From positions 1 through 64,000 of the forward strand of contig MCFE01000411.1 of the NCBI GenBank assembly GCA_002104905.1: a stretch of 64,000 nucleotides of DNA, in the 5' to 3' direction. The translations under genes were made by a program, and so were the position numbers. The stretch is from Basidiobolus meristosporus CBS 931.73. Its lineage: Eukaryota > Fungi > Basidiobolomycota. Each line of letters begins with the position of its first letter. Position 1 is the stretch's first letter. Of this stretch, positions 1-12,872 are shown in pieces. A model generated the notes under the pieces. That model was not told where the DNA came from, ran no database searches, and saw only the letters and a program-made list of their open reading frames with translations.

Positions 1-509
1 CGGCCCCGTCTTCCCGCCACATAAGACGTGAACTGAAACATTTCTTCCCGTCCGACTGATGACCACCAGAGCATCCACTAGCAGCTTCGCCGGCATACAG
101 ACCAGGAAGCTTTCCTCCCTCAACAAAGTTGAATCCTTCGGTGATACCAACTTCGTAGGTTAGGATCGCTCGTTGAAATCCCACATCGCCGAAGGGCTGC
201 GAATAAAAGTTCACACCCCCTTCCTTGTTGGAGCCGGATGGCGAGTAGCTTCCTTTCGGATAGGACACACTGAACACCTTTGTCGCCAGAGTTCTCAAAT
301 GGATCCGCAACCACCTTTAGCCGAGCCAGGTTGGCATCCTTTGCGAGGGCGAGGTTTCCGGTGTTGGGGTTCATGATCCATGACTTCTCCATTTGATATT
401 TGTTGGGTGTCGGTGCGCTTTCTACTGTCCGGCAGAATGAAACGAGAGCGATACACAAACCAATCGACAGCAGTACCATGGCGTAGAAACGATGTTGAAC
501 AGATGGCAC
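1..509 (-). CDS. Polysaccharide lyase family 14 (alginate/glucuronan lyase-like), secreted; apparent +1 frameshift at 279-281; 3' end outside window
   Basis: N-terminal hydrophobic signal (ORF 120..509). After a one-base shift the frame reads KVFSVSYPKGSYSPSG..GGVNFY..FNFVEGGKLPGLYAG..GCSGG..CFSSRLMWREDG. GGKLPGLY and FSxRLMWR are PL14 hallmarks. Confidence 0.85.
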
Positions 510-1376
510 AGAGGTCCAGAGTAGGTTTCCAGAAACCGAGAAAATTCAGAAAACTCAACCAAAACTTGGTGATGATCCGGTGGATTAGCTGCATCCTGCA
601 TCTTATATAAAGCCACTGAATAGGATGCGATCCCGTTTTCGTCCAATGCCAAGGAGACCTTTGTGGTTGAACATCACTAAGGACATATTGATCTGGGTAC
701 TCTCAAAGGGGCGGGTCTGCATTCCATGAACATGAGCAATCCAACTAGCCTCTACGGAATTGCCAATGGAATGTGTCGAGCAATTTTTGCCTTCAGTTAC
801 CCAATCTCCCCAATGACTGCCAAGCATTGGTCAATCAGCAAATTTCAATGAGTCGTTGTTTATCCATGTTGTCACCTCCGATTTGCTCCAGGAAAAGTAA
901 ATTAGACCTTTGAAATTAGGGCCCAGGAGATGGAATCATCAGGTTGGAGGGGGCCTTACGGTTAGGGCTAAATATATGAAGCGTGCTTGAGACTAGATAT
1001 TTCTTCCAAACCCCAGACCCCAAACCTACCAATGGCACACTTCACATTGTGGTTTTCAATGGAACAGACGGACAAGGTTTACCATATACGGCCCTTTATT
1101 TTTCTACAACAACGTGCCATGATTGACAATCTGGACCGAACCTTGACCACTAGGAGAATGTCGCCATCGATTACCATCTAGCAAACTTGGATTCGTGCTT
1201 ATTTTTAGCAGTCCCATCGATGGCAAACCGTGTAGCAAGCCCTAACCCTAACCCCAAGACTCAGTATGGCAGCCACTCCGCTTTACACATGGCTACTTTG
1301 TCCATGAAAATCATCTATTTATTTATTAATCAGGCAAAACGTGGCACGGAGTGGACATGCGAAAATATCGTGGTGA

Positions 1377-2844
1377 CTAGGCTTTTTGGGAGGATTTTTG
1401 GTATTTCCCGTTGATACCATCCAAGCTGAAGTCCTGTCTCCAAAGTGCCTCCTCGGCATAGTCTTCGCCAACATCGCAGTTGCCTGGACAGCTGTAGATG
1501 ATCAGGGTTCCCCAATCGATCGAGTCGGAGTTTGTGTAGTCGATCTTCAAGAAGTGGAGCAGCTGTGGCAGCACTTGCATCTCGAAGGTCTTCTTCTGGC
1601 CGCATTTCGCACACTCGGGTACATCCTTGTCCTCAATCATGCCAATGTCACTGACATACAATGGGCCACCCGTTTCGACGCCATATCCGGTTCTAGCATA
1701 GCTATCATCATCCATGTTAGAACAGTGCTGTGTCAAGTCGATCAGATCCAACCAAACCTACCGAACAACTTGATCGGGATCTTGAGACATCTTTTTCTGG
1801 AATTTCAAGAAGGCCTTGTCGACGTCCACTTCGGTGTTCTCGTAGATTTCATCCCCCACGGGCACCAAGGCTCTAGCCTCGGGGTTAGGCTGATTGTCGG
1901 CATCATGTAGCTCCTTCACCTTCTCCTCCTCCTCCTTTTCTTCAACCCTTTCTGGCTCGGAGACAATCTCGTACTCCAAGAACAGGAACTCCTTGATCTT
2001 CTCCTGATCCTTCTCCAGGTCTTCCTCGTTTAGCTCGGTCGCATTGCAAAGCTTCTTGTGCATCCCAACTGTCCAGTGGAACATCTGGTGTTCTTTGGAG
2101 CAATAGTGGCTCTGGTGGCATTCGCCACAGCTTTTTGTACCTGCAAGCCCGCACACGACACAAGCGCGAGCTAATAGAATATTGATTAGGCTTGGGATGG
2201 GTTGGGGGGAATGGGGCCGGATTATTACCATCGACATCAGGGCGTTTGTACCATTCAGACAATGGCTCCTCCTCCTCGTCGTCATCTTCCTGTGGCTCAC
2301 CGGCGATCTCAACATAGTAGTCGTTCTGGCGTGGTAGCTGGTTACGGAAAACCTTGAAGCTAGTGAACGCACGGTTAGGTGTGGCCGGATAGGGCAGCAA
2401 TGATTTGCCTCAAGTACCTGTCCTTCCAGGATTTGTTATGGCACACTCCGTTTTTGCAGCAGTATACGTAAATCATGCGGTGATAAGCACAGGGCGGCTC
2501 ATCCTCGGGAGTGTAAAGCTACAGCCTAAGGGGTTAGAGCTGCCCGTGGACCCTGCAATCCAAGCATGTCCCTTACCTGAAGCAAAAACAACATGGGCTT
2601 CTCACACACGCCGCAGCGAACATCCTCGGCGGAGAGAATCTTCTTGGGGTTGAGCCATATCTATCGAGCGAGGGGATATTCTTCAGATATGCGAAAAGAG
2701 CAGGTGGAGTCGTGGGGGCAGTCGAGAGAAAGGGATATTTACCGGTTTGCCACCAATCTTGTTGGCGAAGGGAGTGTCGAAGAACTCTTGTTCGGGGGTT
2801 TCGGCGAAGCCAAGTTCCACCGGGGCGAATTGGGAAGAAGTCAT
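1377..2844 (-). CDS. PDCD2: Programmed cell death protein 2 family (MYND zinc finger + PDCD2_C; uS5 chaperone family), multi-exon
   Basis: Spliced exons give MTSSQFAPVELGF..NKIGGKPIWL..CGVCEKPMLFLLQLY..HRMIYVYCC; MYND finger CVVCG..CGECHQSHYCSKEHQMFHW; C-terminus CAKCGQKKTFEMQVLPQLL..IDWGTLIIYSC. GT-AG introns at 2742, 2576 and others. Confidence 0.9.
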
Positions 2845-3176
2845 GTTGCTGGGTTGTAGAGACTAAGTGACCGACCGACCAACGCTTAGTTACCTTGTCG
2901 AGAATTGATGTATAACCCGTATATCGCGTATATCCCGTATAACCCTAATCCATGCCATGTTTCTTTTTTTCTTTCCTTTTTTTCGAGGAACAGCAATCCG
3001 GCCGTGCCTGCCCAGGATCCACGAATGGTCGTTCATCCGAAATTGGTCGGTGATGATGGATTTCTTACGAAATGTGCCGATTCATGGTGGAAAATTCCGA
3101 TCTGATTGATCGTTAAATGACCTACCATGTGTTTGGCTCCTCTGACTTAGACTTCCCCTACAACAAGCTTTACACA

Positions 3177-3741
3177 ATGGCTAGTCAAGCTACGCTCACA
3201 GGCACCCAGGAGCCAACCGGGAGCCAAACCATCACCGTTGATCCCACTTCGTCGCAAAGCGTGACCCCAATCACTTCGGACAACGAAGAGCGTTTCGCCG
3301 GCACCATAAGGTTGGAGGGGGCGACCATCTCCAACCGCAGGGTACGTTGGGATGACAACGTTGTAGACAACGAAGGCCTTGGAAAGAAGAAGAGTAAAAG
3401 TAAGCCAACCTCGTAGCGTATCCTATCTATCGACCAGCCACTGATGCGAAGCACCCTAGTTTGTTGTATTTATTCTAAGCCCAGAGCGTTCGGTGAATCG
3501 GACTCCGACGAGAGCGACACCGAGAGCGACAGCGAGACGGACAGCGACCTCAGCGATGACGGGAAGATCCGTAGTGCGAAACGCCGGGCGGCCCCCAACG
3601 CATATGAGAAGGCGAGCTACTCGAAGAAAGCCCAAGGTCAGTTCCTTTCCCCGCCTTCCCTTCCTCCCTCCCCACCAGTAACCCTTTCTCTTTCGATATG
3701 TAGGCTGCACTCACAAGCATCCACACAAACACAGCCATTGA
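3177..3741 (+). CDS. YPI1: Protein phosphatase 1 inhibitor-3 (Ypi1/PPP1R11), 3 exons
   Basis: RVRWDDNVVDNEGLGKKKSK|ICCIYSKPRAFGES: RVxW PP1-docking motif plus CCIY motif and acidic tract. Introns 3400-3459 and 3637-3703. Confidence 0.88.
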
Positions 3742-3907
3742 TCCCCGACCTAGTATTTGTACATATCCTGGATAAGCACGCCAAGTCAGACGGCCAAGGG
3801 GAAGTGCGTATCGAAAGATGCATGGACTGCGATGATTTCTATGCATTAATTTATTTTTACCGTCACTAGAGAATATATATATGTGAAATCATTGATTACA
3901 AAGGGGT

Positions 3908-4899
3908 CTATTTCTTTCTGTCGGGCTTCCACTTGTAAACGGACAATCCATTCCCATCCACGCCGACCTTCTTTCTTCTACCTTTGGTCTAAACAAATAA
4001 ATCGCGAGTTAAAATCCACCAACGGTGAACGTGGTTCCACGAGCTCCACCTACCATCAATGCCTTCTGCGTGTTGAATTCCTGCTCCAATCTAGACAACT
4101 TCTCCTCGCGATCCATACGGGAACTTAGCTCCTTGTACTTGTTCTCCCTGGCCTTGCGGATCTTCTTGTCCTCCAAGGGGTTCTCGTTTGGCATGTCGGT
4201 CATCAAGGTGGACATCTTGGGTCGATTGTATTTACGGTTCATCAGCTCGGGTAACGTGTCGAAATGTTTCGCCGCGTCGAACTTCTCCACCTGCTCGTCA
4301 TCGTCGACGAATATCAAATGGTTGGACTTGACGGCCGGCTCCTCCTCCTCCTCCATCTCCTCGTCCTCCTCAAGCCCTTCTTCGTCGAGGAAGTGGATGC
4401 TCTCCTTGAGTTTGTCCAACTTCTTCTTACTGATGTCCCTCAAGTGAGTCACATAGTTGACGTCTTGGGTCTTCAACAACTTCAAGAATTCCGCGGAGAA
4501 TTTCTCGTTTCTTTCGGCGATATGGACTCCTTTCTACGGATGGGAGCAACGGTTAGTAAAGGCGAATCTGCGTGGGAAAGGGTGGCCAGAAGAACACGAA
4601 GGGGTAAAGCCCAACCATAGGTGCTCTTGACTATGGAGGGTGAGGGGGGGGATGAATCGTATGTGATCCAGTCAGCATACCTTGGTTTTGGTACTGATCA
4701 TTTTGTAGTAGAACTCATCTGGGTTCTTGTAGTACGCTTTCTCGCGCAAACCCTTGAGGCGGTTTTGCTTGGAGTGGTAATCTCTGGCACGCAAGACATA
4801 GTCCTTGTGCTTTTCCAAGAGACCAAGCTTGGTACGAGCGCCAGGTTGGGAACGTTCCCTATGTGTACGACGGTGTACACTATTTCTTAAGGAAGACAT
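3908..4899 (-). CDS. UTP11: U3 snoRNA-associated protein 11 (SSU processome), 3 exons
   Basis: [47 protein letters not shown] and C-terminal [10 protein letters not shown]. Introns 4680-4534 and 4053-3989. Confidence 0.93.
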
Positions 4900-5260
4900 G
4901 AGACAGGTGGTTTCTCAGAACAGGTGCTGGTCTAACGGTGGTGGTGTGTTATGTGGTGCAGTTGGGTCGATGCGAAGTTGGCCCCTGAAAAAAAACCGCA
5001 AATTTCCCTTGGAACTTGGTCCTAAACCTCGCTGAGCAGTTGGATGTTGGCCCACCTTATTCACCATCTTGGTCAAGGATGGAATAAAAAAAAAAATTCT
5101 CCCAAATTTTGTGTAGCTTCTTTTTTTTTATGTCAACCTGGGCCGGATTCGTGTTTAGCTATTCGGATTTGGTGGCTGGAAATCAAGCCATGAGTTACAA
5201 AACTAGGCCGTCACCTTGCAGAGGCATATTGTTGGTGAGGAGTGATTCCTTTCAAAAGAA

Positions 5261-5333
5261 TAACCAAGCCAGGGGTCGAACCTGGGACCTTCCGCTTAGG
5301 AGGCGGACGCTCTATCCACTGAGCTACGAGGCC
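5261..5333 (-). tRNA. tRNA-Arg(CCT), 73 nt, intronless, with a poorly paired acceptor stem
   Basis: D stem GCTC/GAGC, anticodon arm TCCGC-CTCCTAA-GCGGA, T arm CCAGG-TTCGACC-CCTGG, A20 and A73, followed by TTCTTTT (Pol III terminator-like). Confidence 0.85.
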
Positions 5334-5956
5334 TTAGGCTGGTTGGAACAGAGTAAGGAGTCACTCGATGTTAAGTGACATCAACGCATACAAAGACGAC
5401 TTAGTAGCCAGGGAAAAGCAAAACAAGACAAATCACCAGACTCACAATAAGGTATAAATACCAATCAAACAATCAAATAAAAGAGGAGTTTGTTTATAAG
5501 CAGAAAGAGCAGTAGAAACGAATATTAGCTTGAATATATTTCTACGAAGTCACCATCCTATCCTTTAAAGGGATATTCTTACACTACCGCGTCGAATCTA
5601 CGAGATAACCTACACGTTATCCATTTTCGCACTCTCTAAAGGACAGTACTCTTTTACGTAACATGGTTAGAAATAGTGACAAAAGAATTCGGCTATAGTA
5701 TGCTGTATCTAGCCAGCGGCTCTTATCTGCTTGGCTAATGAAGTCATTCAAAATAACAACGCTGCTGATTATATTCCTAAGACAAGTCCGTTCTTTTGCA
5801 ATCAATCTTTTTTACTGAGTGTTGCTCATTGAGCAAACGTATAAAATGAGATGTAGGGGAGAGAGGGTGGTGTGGAGGGGTGAAGGATGGTCTGGGTTTA
5901 ATTGGGATGATGAATAAAAATATCGACGCAAGTGGGTCCCGGTGGTGTTGACCGCT

Positions 5957-8900
5957 TCATCCCCACAGTGCGTTCAGCTTCTTTTTGCGAACCTGAAATG
6001 GGCAAGGGTGAGTAATTAGTCGAGACGGAAGAATGGATATCACTTACAATAGGTCCGGCAATCAGCACCGCGGCGGTTAGTCCAGCGATGGTCGTTAAGA
6101 GCATTCCCTTACTGAAATCTTCATTCAAGATATCGAAGGTTTTTGAGGGAGCCTCACGGGTGAAGAAGGTATCCAAACCATAAGCAACAACAAGGGAAGT
6201 GGACTCCAAGTGGCTGGGAGAGGTAAGGATTTTCTTGATACCGAACACCTAGCATGTGTTGATTAGTTATGCGCGCGAACCATAGATACGGCCGATCAGT
6301 TAGATGCAACTTACTGGTAAATAATAGGAAAGCGCCAATTTGCCATCGAACGGAATGAGGGGATCATATTGAAGAAGCATCTCTTCTTTGTCAGCCTCAG
6401 TGAGGCCGCCCACTGGGCGTCTAGGATCCAAGATTCTCTTGGAGACGCCGTAGATGTGACCTGAAGCCAAGGCGAACAATACTTCACGGGAGGTGATGCC
6501 GTTTCTGGTGGTGGTCACTCCAACCGCGGTAACTGCTTCGGGGAACATGAACGATTGCGACATGACGTATGGGCGTTGCTCATCGAAGGAGGAGAAGACC
6601 TTGGAATCCACTCGCATATCCTCTTCCTCATTCTCGAAAAGCTCATGAACAACGGTAACATAACCCTTTTCCTTACCGTCGAGCAAGTCTCCATCACTCC
6701 AGAACTGATACACTACCCAGTTCTCACAGTAAGCGACGTGGACCGGATGAGCGGGGGAAGCAATGCCACCTTGATGGAGGGAGTGGTGCAGGATGGTTCC
6801 CTTGACACGGTCGATCAAATACATGGAGATGACGGGCATTTGCTCCTTGACGGAATAGGTAACCACCGGGACAACATGTGGGTTGAGGTATTTGTAGAGC
6901 ACAGCGCGATTACCGAGAACACGACCAAGGGAGGCGATTTTTTCATAGGAAGGCTTTTCACCTACAGCAACAATGGTTTCATCCTGAGGAAGATTGAGGG
7001 CCCATTGTTGTTGAAGATCCAACACCGAGGAGACTGGGTTGGGGACTGCTTGGAAGCCCTCGATCTTACTGCTTCCAACAGTATCGCCCAAGGTGAGATA
7101 GAAAGAAGAAGCGTGCTCTGCGAAGGTCTTGCTCGCGTCGGCATGATCCGGATAAAGGTAGAACTGGTTGTCCTCGGCAACAAATGCCAAGATGGCACTC
7201 TTATCCACTGGGTCCTCGAAGGGGAGTTTGACAACCTTCTTGGCAATAAATGGCAATGTGACATGGGACGGGCTAAACTGTTGCTCGGAGTGGAGGTCCT
7301 CACCAGTCAGCGCATTCAGGCGATAAACAACGGTAACCTTTTGCAACTTCGAGTCGAGCATCTCGCCGACAACGACCACCACTGGTGGAAGCTTAACCAC
7401 TGACGGTCTTACGATGTAAAGGTGCTGGAATGAAACCCGGCTGTGTTGACTTTCGTCTTGGAAGAGTCTAGACCAGATCAACTTTCCTTTGTTGTTGGTA
7501 TCCAGAGCGACAACCTTGCCGTTTTCAGTGGCAAAGAGAATGAGTTTACGCATTCCGAAGGTATCTCTGTAGAGCTGAGTGGGATCGTGAACAACGGGCT
7601 CGCGAGTGACCAAGGAGGTGACGAAGTCGACGGGGTGGGTGGCAACAGACTAAACAGAGAATTAGCGACGCTGTTTCGACCGAGGAATCTATCAGAAACC
7701 AACATACCACAAGCTTACTCAAATGAGCCCCAATTCTACGGAAATACCGAGAGACAGGGTTGGCACTCTCCAAGGCTTCAGGGTCTTCAAGGCTGCCCTT
7801 ACCAACCGAGAGCAGTTGGTGCTCTGGCAAATCCAGAAATTCGGCGGCATTGGCGTAGGCTAGGGATTCGTCACGAGTCCAAACCTGCTCTTTCTTGTTG
7901 AGCAGAGTGATCGAGGCGCCAACATCTACGGTCAGAAGTTGGAAGTCCTTGGCATGGTAGTCGATGAAGACCTGCTTAATGGTCCCCGAGACCGAATAAT
8001 CATGGGTGAGCTTGAGCGAGTCCGCTGCGACATCGCGGCTAAGGTCCACGATAGTACTTTCGACGATATTCAAATCCTCGTGCGTAGCCACCAAGGCAAT
8101 ATAGGCTTCGGTTGGGCTGATCTCGATCCCGGCGAACATGGTGTTCCACGAAGGCTCGAAGTTGTAGGCGAGGGAGATAGCAACCGCCTCACCACTATCG
8201 CTAACACGGAAGATCCCGGCTTCTTTTTGGCTGAACTGGAGGACGAACTCGGTTCTCGATTTCAAGTTGAGTGAATAGAGTTGAAGGTCGAGGAAAACAT
8301 TGGTGGCGGTATCAGCGGGTGGGAGGAAGGTCTAAAGCATAACGATGAGTAACCATGTAGGGTGAATATCGGCCAAATTAAAACGGTCACCTCGGCGCTG
8401 ACTTCGGATGTGACGCCTTCAAAGCCTAGCTTATGAGCCCACAGGGAATCGCCTGGCTCGACTTCCAGATAAGATATGCCGGGTTGGCCGCCCCGCCGAC
8501 CAGGATCAAGTTGTTGATGTGCTTGGCGTTGCATTCAACCTTATAAGCGGCCACCTGCTCACCAGCATAGCTGAGTCGATAGACGTACAGGTTCTTGTCC
8601 TCACGGTCGCCAACATTTCTGCCAACAAGGTGGACACCCTGGGAATCATGAGAAATCTTGAAGAGGACGTGGCTATCGCAAGCAAACAGATTAAGGGCGT
8701 AAGTAGTTGTTCATCGAGGCGCGGGAATGCAAGAGAATACTAACTCGGCCGGGCTCTCCCAGTTCCATACGATGGCACCGGTGGATGCTTGGAGTTTGAA
8801 CACGGCTTTACCATGAATAGAGGCGGCGATATGACCATCTTCAAGGAAGATGGCATCCACCATTTTTTTGCTTTTCAAGGGTTGCTCGGTCTCAGAGGAA

Positions 8901-9502
8901 AGAATCGTCTCCCACACAACGTGGCCAGACGTGGCATCCCAGAGTCTAGCGGCAACAGTGGATTGGCCGGAGAGGGTGAGGATCTCTTTGGGGTAAGAAG
9001 GTAAGTGATCGAGTATCTCCACAGGGGGGACTATATCCGGTTGACTCACGTTCGTTGTGGACCTTCATGGTGTGAATGGTATCATCAGGTTGGAATACTT
9101 GGCGCCAAACTATATATGACCACATGGGAGAGGTTGGTGTCCGTTAGAACGACGTCCAAGAAATACCTGCATGCCACTTGGAACTTACCAAGCTCCCCGT
9201 TCTCAGACTTGACTGAGCTTAGTACATTTTTGGTGGTGGCGGTGATAAAGGTGCGAGTGTTGTTGACAGTGTAAAAGCCGGATACCTTCGGAGTACCGAT
9301 GTTCTGTTTGTGCCTAAATGCAGGAAAGTTCAGATATTGCCGGATGAAGGGGAGCATCGTTGAGCCAAAAGCAACCGTACCAATCTACCAGGCCGATGTG
9401 ATCTTCGTATAGAGCTAGAGTCGTTTTCCAAGCCACCAGGGACAGCAGCAGTGGGAGGAAGAAGAAACTCGAAGTTTTCCTTAAACCCGAGAGTAACCTC
9501 AT
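5957..9502 (-). CDS. EMC1: ER membrane protein complex subunit 1, multi-exon
   Basis: Signal peptide then ALYEDHIGLVDW; RDTFGMRKLILFATENGKVVALDT; KIASLGRVLGNRAVLYKYLNPH; SLVVAYGLDTFFTREAPSKTFDILNEDF plus C-terminal TM and RKKKLNALW. Confidence 0.92.
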
Positions 9503-9856
9503 ATTGTTGGGAAAAGTACGCGTACGGGTTACAATGGAGGTTGGGCCGAAGTATATTCGAGATGGGCGGCCTTTTTGCGGGTACCAATCTTTCCTGGGCC
9601 AAATTTCGATTTTTTGACCAATCGAGTTCCCTCAAATGGTGATGCTTTCACGGGGAATCACTTCGCCTAGATTGGCGCTCGTCTGCTATCATGGCCTTCG
9701 TCGATTCATGCGGGCGACGGCGGGTATTTCAAACAAATGACTTAACCAGTGCTCAAGCGGTTGATTCACACATTTATTTAACATCGAGACAACATAAAGA
9801 GACGGGATTATGGGGTGGCTGGTCACTTCTAAAACATACTCTAGATTGGCTACTCT

Positions 9857-10826
9857 TTAACTGTTGCACTTGCTCCATTGGTTGTTGGCGCCCAGGAACG
9901 AGGTGAGCACACTGAGGTAGGGATGGTTGGTTAGTCTCGCACTGGCTGGCAATCATAGATGAATCTTTCACGTACCCTGCAAGGCCGATAACTCCCTCGT
10001 TGAGATTGACGTACTTCAATGCGCTGAGTGGAAGCAACAGGTCGACGGAATCGATAACGAACTGGGTGACAAGCTCCTTTCGGGCCCTAGAGGTGAACGG
10101 GATTAGATGTGGGGACGACGGGTAGCCGGGGGTCGGGAATTATACGTACGTGGTCAATGTTCGGAGCTTCTGGGATGTTTCCTCGTCCAGGGTTTGCACC
10201 TGCTCCTGCTTGACGGATTGAACCCGTTTGACCGTCTCGTACTGCAAGTAATGCTGGCGCAACTTGTACAGGTCTGAGATCCAGGCAAGGAGGATTCCGT
10301 AGAGCCAGAATCGATTCGCATTGTCGGTTATCTTCTTGGCGCTTTTGAATTTGTACATACCGACCATGTTCACCTAACGAGGGGATTAGTCTATCTCTGA
10401 GCCGGTCCTCGGCCGTGGTAAAAACCCCTGCTTACCCAACTGAGCATATCCAAGGTCAGGTAGGCTGCCATGGAGGCTGCCCTACCGATACTGCAAACAC
10501 GAAGCAGATCGTCTTGGATCGAGGTGGATTTGACCATGGTGTTGATCCATTCTATGGGCTTTCCTAGACGCAACACTTGGGGAGAGGAGGAATGGGTGTC
10601 AGCATAGGCTCCGAAGAGGACGAAATCAGGTGGACTTACATCTGCGGGCAACTGCAAGGTGAGCTTTCAGTTTGTCGTTGGCGAAAATGGCTTCTTTGCT
10701 GTATCCCTGGCGCACCAAGTACCAGGAGAAGAAGCGAGACAGGTACTGCAGCAGACGGTAGAACTTGTCCCTGCCGTTGGTGGTGGCGGAGTACTTGACG
10801 AAAGTGTTCACGACGGGGGAAGACAT
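9857..10826 (-). CDS. PEX11: Peroxisomal biogenesis factor 11, 5 exons
   Basis: TTNGRDKFYRLLQYLSRFFSWYL..HLAVARR|VLRLGKPIE; ANRFWLYGIL; DSVDLLLPLSALKYVNLNEGVIGLAG|VLTSFLG. Confidence 0.92.
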
Positions 10827-11796
10827 GTTGGTGCTAAAAAAGCTTAGCTTCAGAGAGGATATGGAAAGCTGTTTGGTTGATGCAAAATACCCATTCTAAC
10901 TAGGTCGCTTTTATTGACAACTTCTATATGGAATCCCAGATTTGGTGTAACCAATGGCCATGAATCCCTCTCCGGGGTCACGTGCAGTCTAGATCGGGAG
11001 CTAGGGAGAAACCGACATTCGATTGTGGTTAGATGAAGCGGGCGGTGGTGCGAATGTGACAAATGGCTGGGATCTATGTCATTGCTAGAACAGAGGAGGC
11101 TCGTGAGGCGCTGCCGACGATGATTGCAAAGGTGCAAGCGGACAACTTCAGCGATGTGGGACAAACCCGGCCAGAGCTGGGTGCATATGAAAGGGTGATT
11201 TACTAATCGCACATGTGTCGTGTAACCCAACCAATCCCACGGCATGAAACCTCATTTGTTGCTCATCCTATCTAGAATGTTGACCGCTAATGCAGGTGGA
11301 TAATTGCCGGCCATGATGGTGCGTCAATAGCACAATAGTCGAGGTTGAACCCACGGTGGTCCACCTAATTTCTAAAGCCACATTATTGCTTCACCCGTCA
11401 TTGGACCATGATGCTACGTCATTCATACACCATCATAAATTGGTGATAGTCACAGTGATGTATCCGCTATTTTACTTCGCTCAAGGTTAGAAAATCGAGA
11501 TGGTGAGCTGGTACTTCCGGACAAATCCACTCATTCGTGTGTTGGTGTATGTTTTCAAATCCGTCATGTTCTACACGGAGCAGATGAAGAGAGGATATTC
11601 GTTGCTGAATCACGTGGAGTAGATGTCTTGGAAGTGATATGGTGAGTATTGAGTTAAAGTGAACCATGGGTTCTTTCTGTAGAATTTAGCAACATTGAGT
11701 ATTGTTGTGCATTGTGGAAGACCATGGAAAGATGTGCACAAACTTTAGTGTCTAACTATTCCTTAGCTGACCCAAGAAAATCACCTCCTGGCTTGG

Positions 11797-12127
11797 TGTT
11801 GTAAAATCCGTATTTCCACCTAAATATTCACCTAACTTAGTCACTTAGATCATTACCTTCATATCCTAGAGAATACTGACCAAATTCCTTGTTGGGATTT
11901 ACTTAGAATATTTACCCAGAACATGAAAATTAGATAAGTTGTCCAAACAGCCCCAAACTTTGCACACATGTTCTTGGGACCTTCCTTAACCTATTCTACA
12001 TGTTTGTAATGCCAAGACCAGGTAAAAGTATAAATACTACTTTTACATTCAATAAATCATTAAGTGAAAACCACATAATCTACTTGTTCTCCCAATCACT
12101 TCCAATATCTCCAAGACTCTTACAACA
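11797..12127 (+). mobile_element. Solo LTR of the main copia family
   Basis: TGTTGTAAAA...CTTACAACA, aligns over its length to the LTR at 41301-41650. No matching TSD (CTTGG vs TATTG). Confidence 0.85.
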
Positions 12128-12129
12128 TA

Positions 12130-12872
12130 TTGTACATAAAAAGGTCCCAAGAACATGTGTACAAAGACTTTGGAGCTGTTGTATCCAAGAGATAGGTGTA
12201 ATAAAACTCTTGAATGCTTTAACTGAACCTAAGTGACAACTAGGTGCAGAATCTTAGAATTGTAAGTGAGTGGGAGAAATATTAGCAGAGAAATTCTGGT
12301 CTAATATTGGTCTTGTATATAGTGGGGTTTGGCTATAAAGGCAAAATAGTTGGTTTTCTATGCAGGCTAGGCTTGGTGTTCTTGGGTGTGCTAGGAATGC
12401 TAGGCTTGGGTAGAAACTAGAACACAATTATTGAATTCTTAATTTTGCTAAGACACAATCTTAATTTTGTTGAGACACACACTGAGCCAAAAGGTTCAGT
12501 AAACTTTATTTATACTTTTTTGATCAGGTTGAATTAGTAAGCACCAAGAGACTGGACTAATTGAAATCTGTTGGGGTGTTGATAGGTGCATAAGATATAT
12601 GAAAATTGCATCATTAATCAGCTAATGTCATGGCAACTGTTAAGTTGTTGGATAGATCTCAGATGACTAATCACCTGGGAAGGCTTGGCAGATAAATTGA
12701 TAAGGTCATAGTCATTTGAGTATTGATCAGGTGTGACAGCTAATGATAGATTCTGAGATGAGATAAAATAAACCATAACTGGGATTAGTTATGTTTGGGT
12801 TAGGGGAAATCAGTTAGGGTACTAGATTTTCTAACAGAGTAAAATTGGATAAGTCTTAAATGTTGATGCACT
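12130..12872. repeat. Dispersed repeat family Z (probably LTR plus adjacent internal sequence), copy 1
   Basis: Colinear but diverged match to ~44300-45009; both copies end ..TGATGCAC(T/A)ACA. Confidence 0.5.

Noticed and set aside
1240-1255. CCCTAA telomere-like repeat
   Set aside because: Only two perfect units, in intergenic/3' UTR sequence; expected by chance.
1377-4899. Functional 40S-biogenesis gene cluster (PDCD2 + UTP11)
   Set aside because: Two genes in a dense housekeeping block; adjacency alone is no evidence without synteny data.
6555-7403. Long antisense ORFs over housekeeping genes (also 1386..1910, 14930..15310, 15780..16226)
   Set aside because: Typical shadows of GC3-biased coding sequence, with no recognisable motifs.
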